From: an uncultured Lachnospiraceae bacterium
GTDB taxonomy: Bacteria > Bacillota > Clostridia > Lachnospirales > Lachnospiraceae
DNA: 64,000 bases
Assembly: GCA_946612455.1 (NCBI GenBank)
Contig: CAMOER010000008.1
Location: forward strand, 24,934-88,933
Reading direction: 5' to 3'
The first letter of the stretch is position 1; every line of letters begins with the position of its first letter. Of the stretch, positions 63,176 to 64,000 are shown piece by piece. The position numbers were made by a program, and so were the translations under genes. Below the pieces are notes generated by a model, which was not told the origin of the DNA, ran no database searches, and was given only the letters and a program-made list of their open reading frames with translations.

Positions 63176-64000
63176 TTACTGAATTCCCTGGAATGCAGGC
63201 ATTTCAGGATACATCTTTCTTAATTTCTCGACCAGCTCCTGCGGGATCTGCTCGCCTTCGCGTCTTCCGCAGCGGGGGCAGACATCGCCGATCACGCCGA
63301 CGTAACCGCAGACCGGATCTCTGTCTACAGGATGATTGATGCTGCCGTAACCGACGCCGCAGTCATGCATCCAGCGAACGACCTGCTCGAAAGCCTCGAT
63401 ATTCTTGGAGGTATCGCCGTCCATCTCGACATAGCTGATATGACCGGCGTTGCAAAGCGCATGATACGGTCCTTCCAGACGGATCTTGTCATAGGCAGAG
63501 ATCGGGAACCAGACCGGAATATGGAAGCTGTTGGTATAGTACTCTCTGTCGGTGATCCCGGGGATCTTGCCGAAGCGCTGCTGGTCCTGACGGATGAACT
63601 TTCCGGACAGGCCCTCGGCCGGTGTGGCAAGCAGGGTGAAGTTCATCTTCATCTCCTGCGATTTTTTGTTGCAGAAATCTCTCATATGGCCGATGATCTC
63701 CAGGCCCTTCTGCTGGATCTCCTCGCTCTCGCCGTGGTGCTTGCCGTACAGTGCTGTCAGCGTCTCCGCCAGGCCGATGAAGCCGATGGAAAGCGTTCCG
63801 TGCTTCAGCACATCGCGGATCTCGTCGCTGTTGGCCAGCGTGTCGGAATCCAGCCATACGCCCTGTCCCATCAGGAACGGGAAGTTATAGACATGCTTCG
63901 CAGCCTGGATCTCGAATCTGTCGAGCAGCTGCTGGGCCGTCATATTGAGCATCCAGTCAAGCTTCTCATAGAAGACCTTCTCGTCATGATCGGCTTCGAG
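63176..64000 (-). CDS. nrdD: anaerobic ribonucleoside-triphosphate reductase NrdD, large fragment (5' end outside the window; lacks the glycyl-radical tail)
   Basis: Class III RNR motifs (FTLLATPAEGLSGKF, NSFHIPVW, GHISYVEMDG) and a Zn-ribbon-like VCGY...CPRCG. The ORF stops at 63176, before any RxxGY motif. The frame stays open to the window edge. Confidence 0.88.
   Translation of the reverse strand, partial: LEADHDEKVFYEKLDWMLNMTAQQLLDRFEIQAAKHVYNFPFLMGQGVWLDSDTLANSDEIRDVLKHGTLSIGFIGLAETLTALYGKHHGESEEIQQKGLEIIGHMRDFCNKKSQEMKMNFTLLATPAEGLSGKFIRQDQQRFGKIPGITDREYYTNSFHIPVWFPISAYDKIRLEGPYHALCNAGHISYVEMDGDTSKNIEAFEQVVRWMHDCGVGYGSINHPVDRDPVCGYVGVIGDVCPRCGRREGEQIPQELVEKLRKMYPEMPAFQGIQ

Overview
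This is a chromosomal core segment from a moderately GC-rich Clostridia-type Firmicute, judged by gene content and order. The + strand carries ybeY, miaB-mutS-mutL-miaA, radC-mreC-mreD-PBP2-rodA and sepF-lspA-rluD. The - strand carries radical-SAM/DUF2344/rng, rplU-rpmA-obg-yhbY-nadD-rsfS, ackA, icd and nrdD/nrdG. I support about 60 protein genes, 2 tRNAs (Val-CAC, Ser-CGA), one clear glmS ribozyme and a set of intrinsic terminators. I see no rRNA, transposase, cas genes or prophage.

Four items stand out:
1. A roughly 750-bp ORF-free, repeat-dense locus (26490-27245) lies beside a Xer-like tyrosine recombinase, inside an SOS neighbourhood (lexA, and a YneA-like LysM gene with three Cheo boxes). 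It contains 27-bp near-perfect inverted repeats flanking 118 bp, which could be an inverton or a long-stem RNA. It also contains a 38/39-nt repeat, 30-nt spacer, repeat unit, followed by an inverted partial repeat copy that folds into a terminator hairpin.
2. A textbook glmS ribozyme sits in front of nagB-yvcK-LbH-glmM rather than in front of glmS.
3. The glycyl-radical segment of the class III ribonucleotide reductase is encoded as a separate 53-aa ORF with its own RBS, between nrdD and nrdG.
4. Smaller oddities include a NadD-YqeK fusion, L27 without a propeptide or Prp, an orphan CitXG, a two-component pair split by mnmA, and a secreted SH3/ricin/C39-like protein.

Many long ORFs in the six-frame track are antisense shadows of real genes and are rejected.
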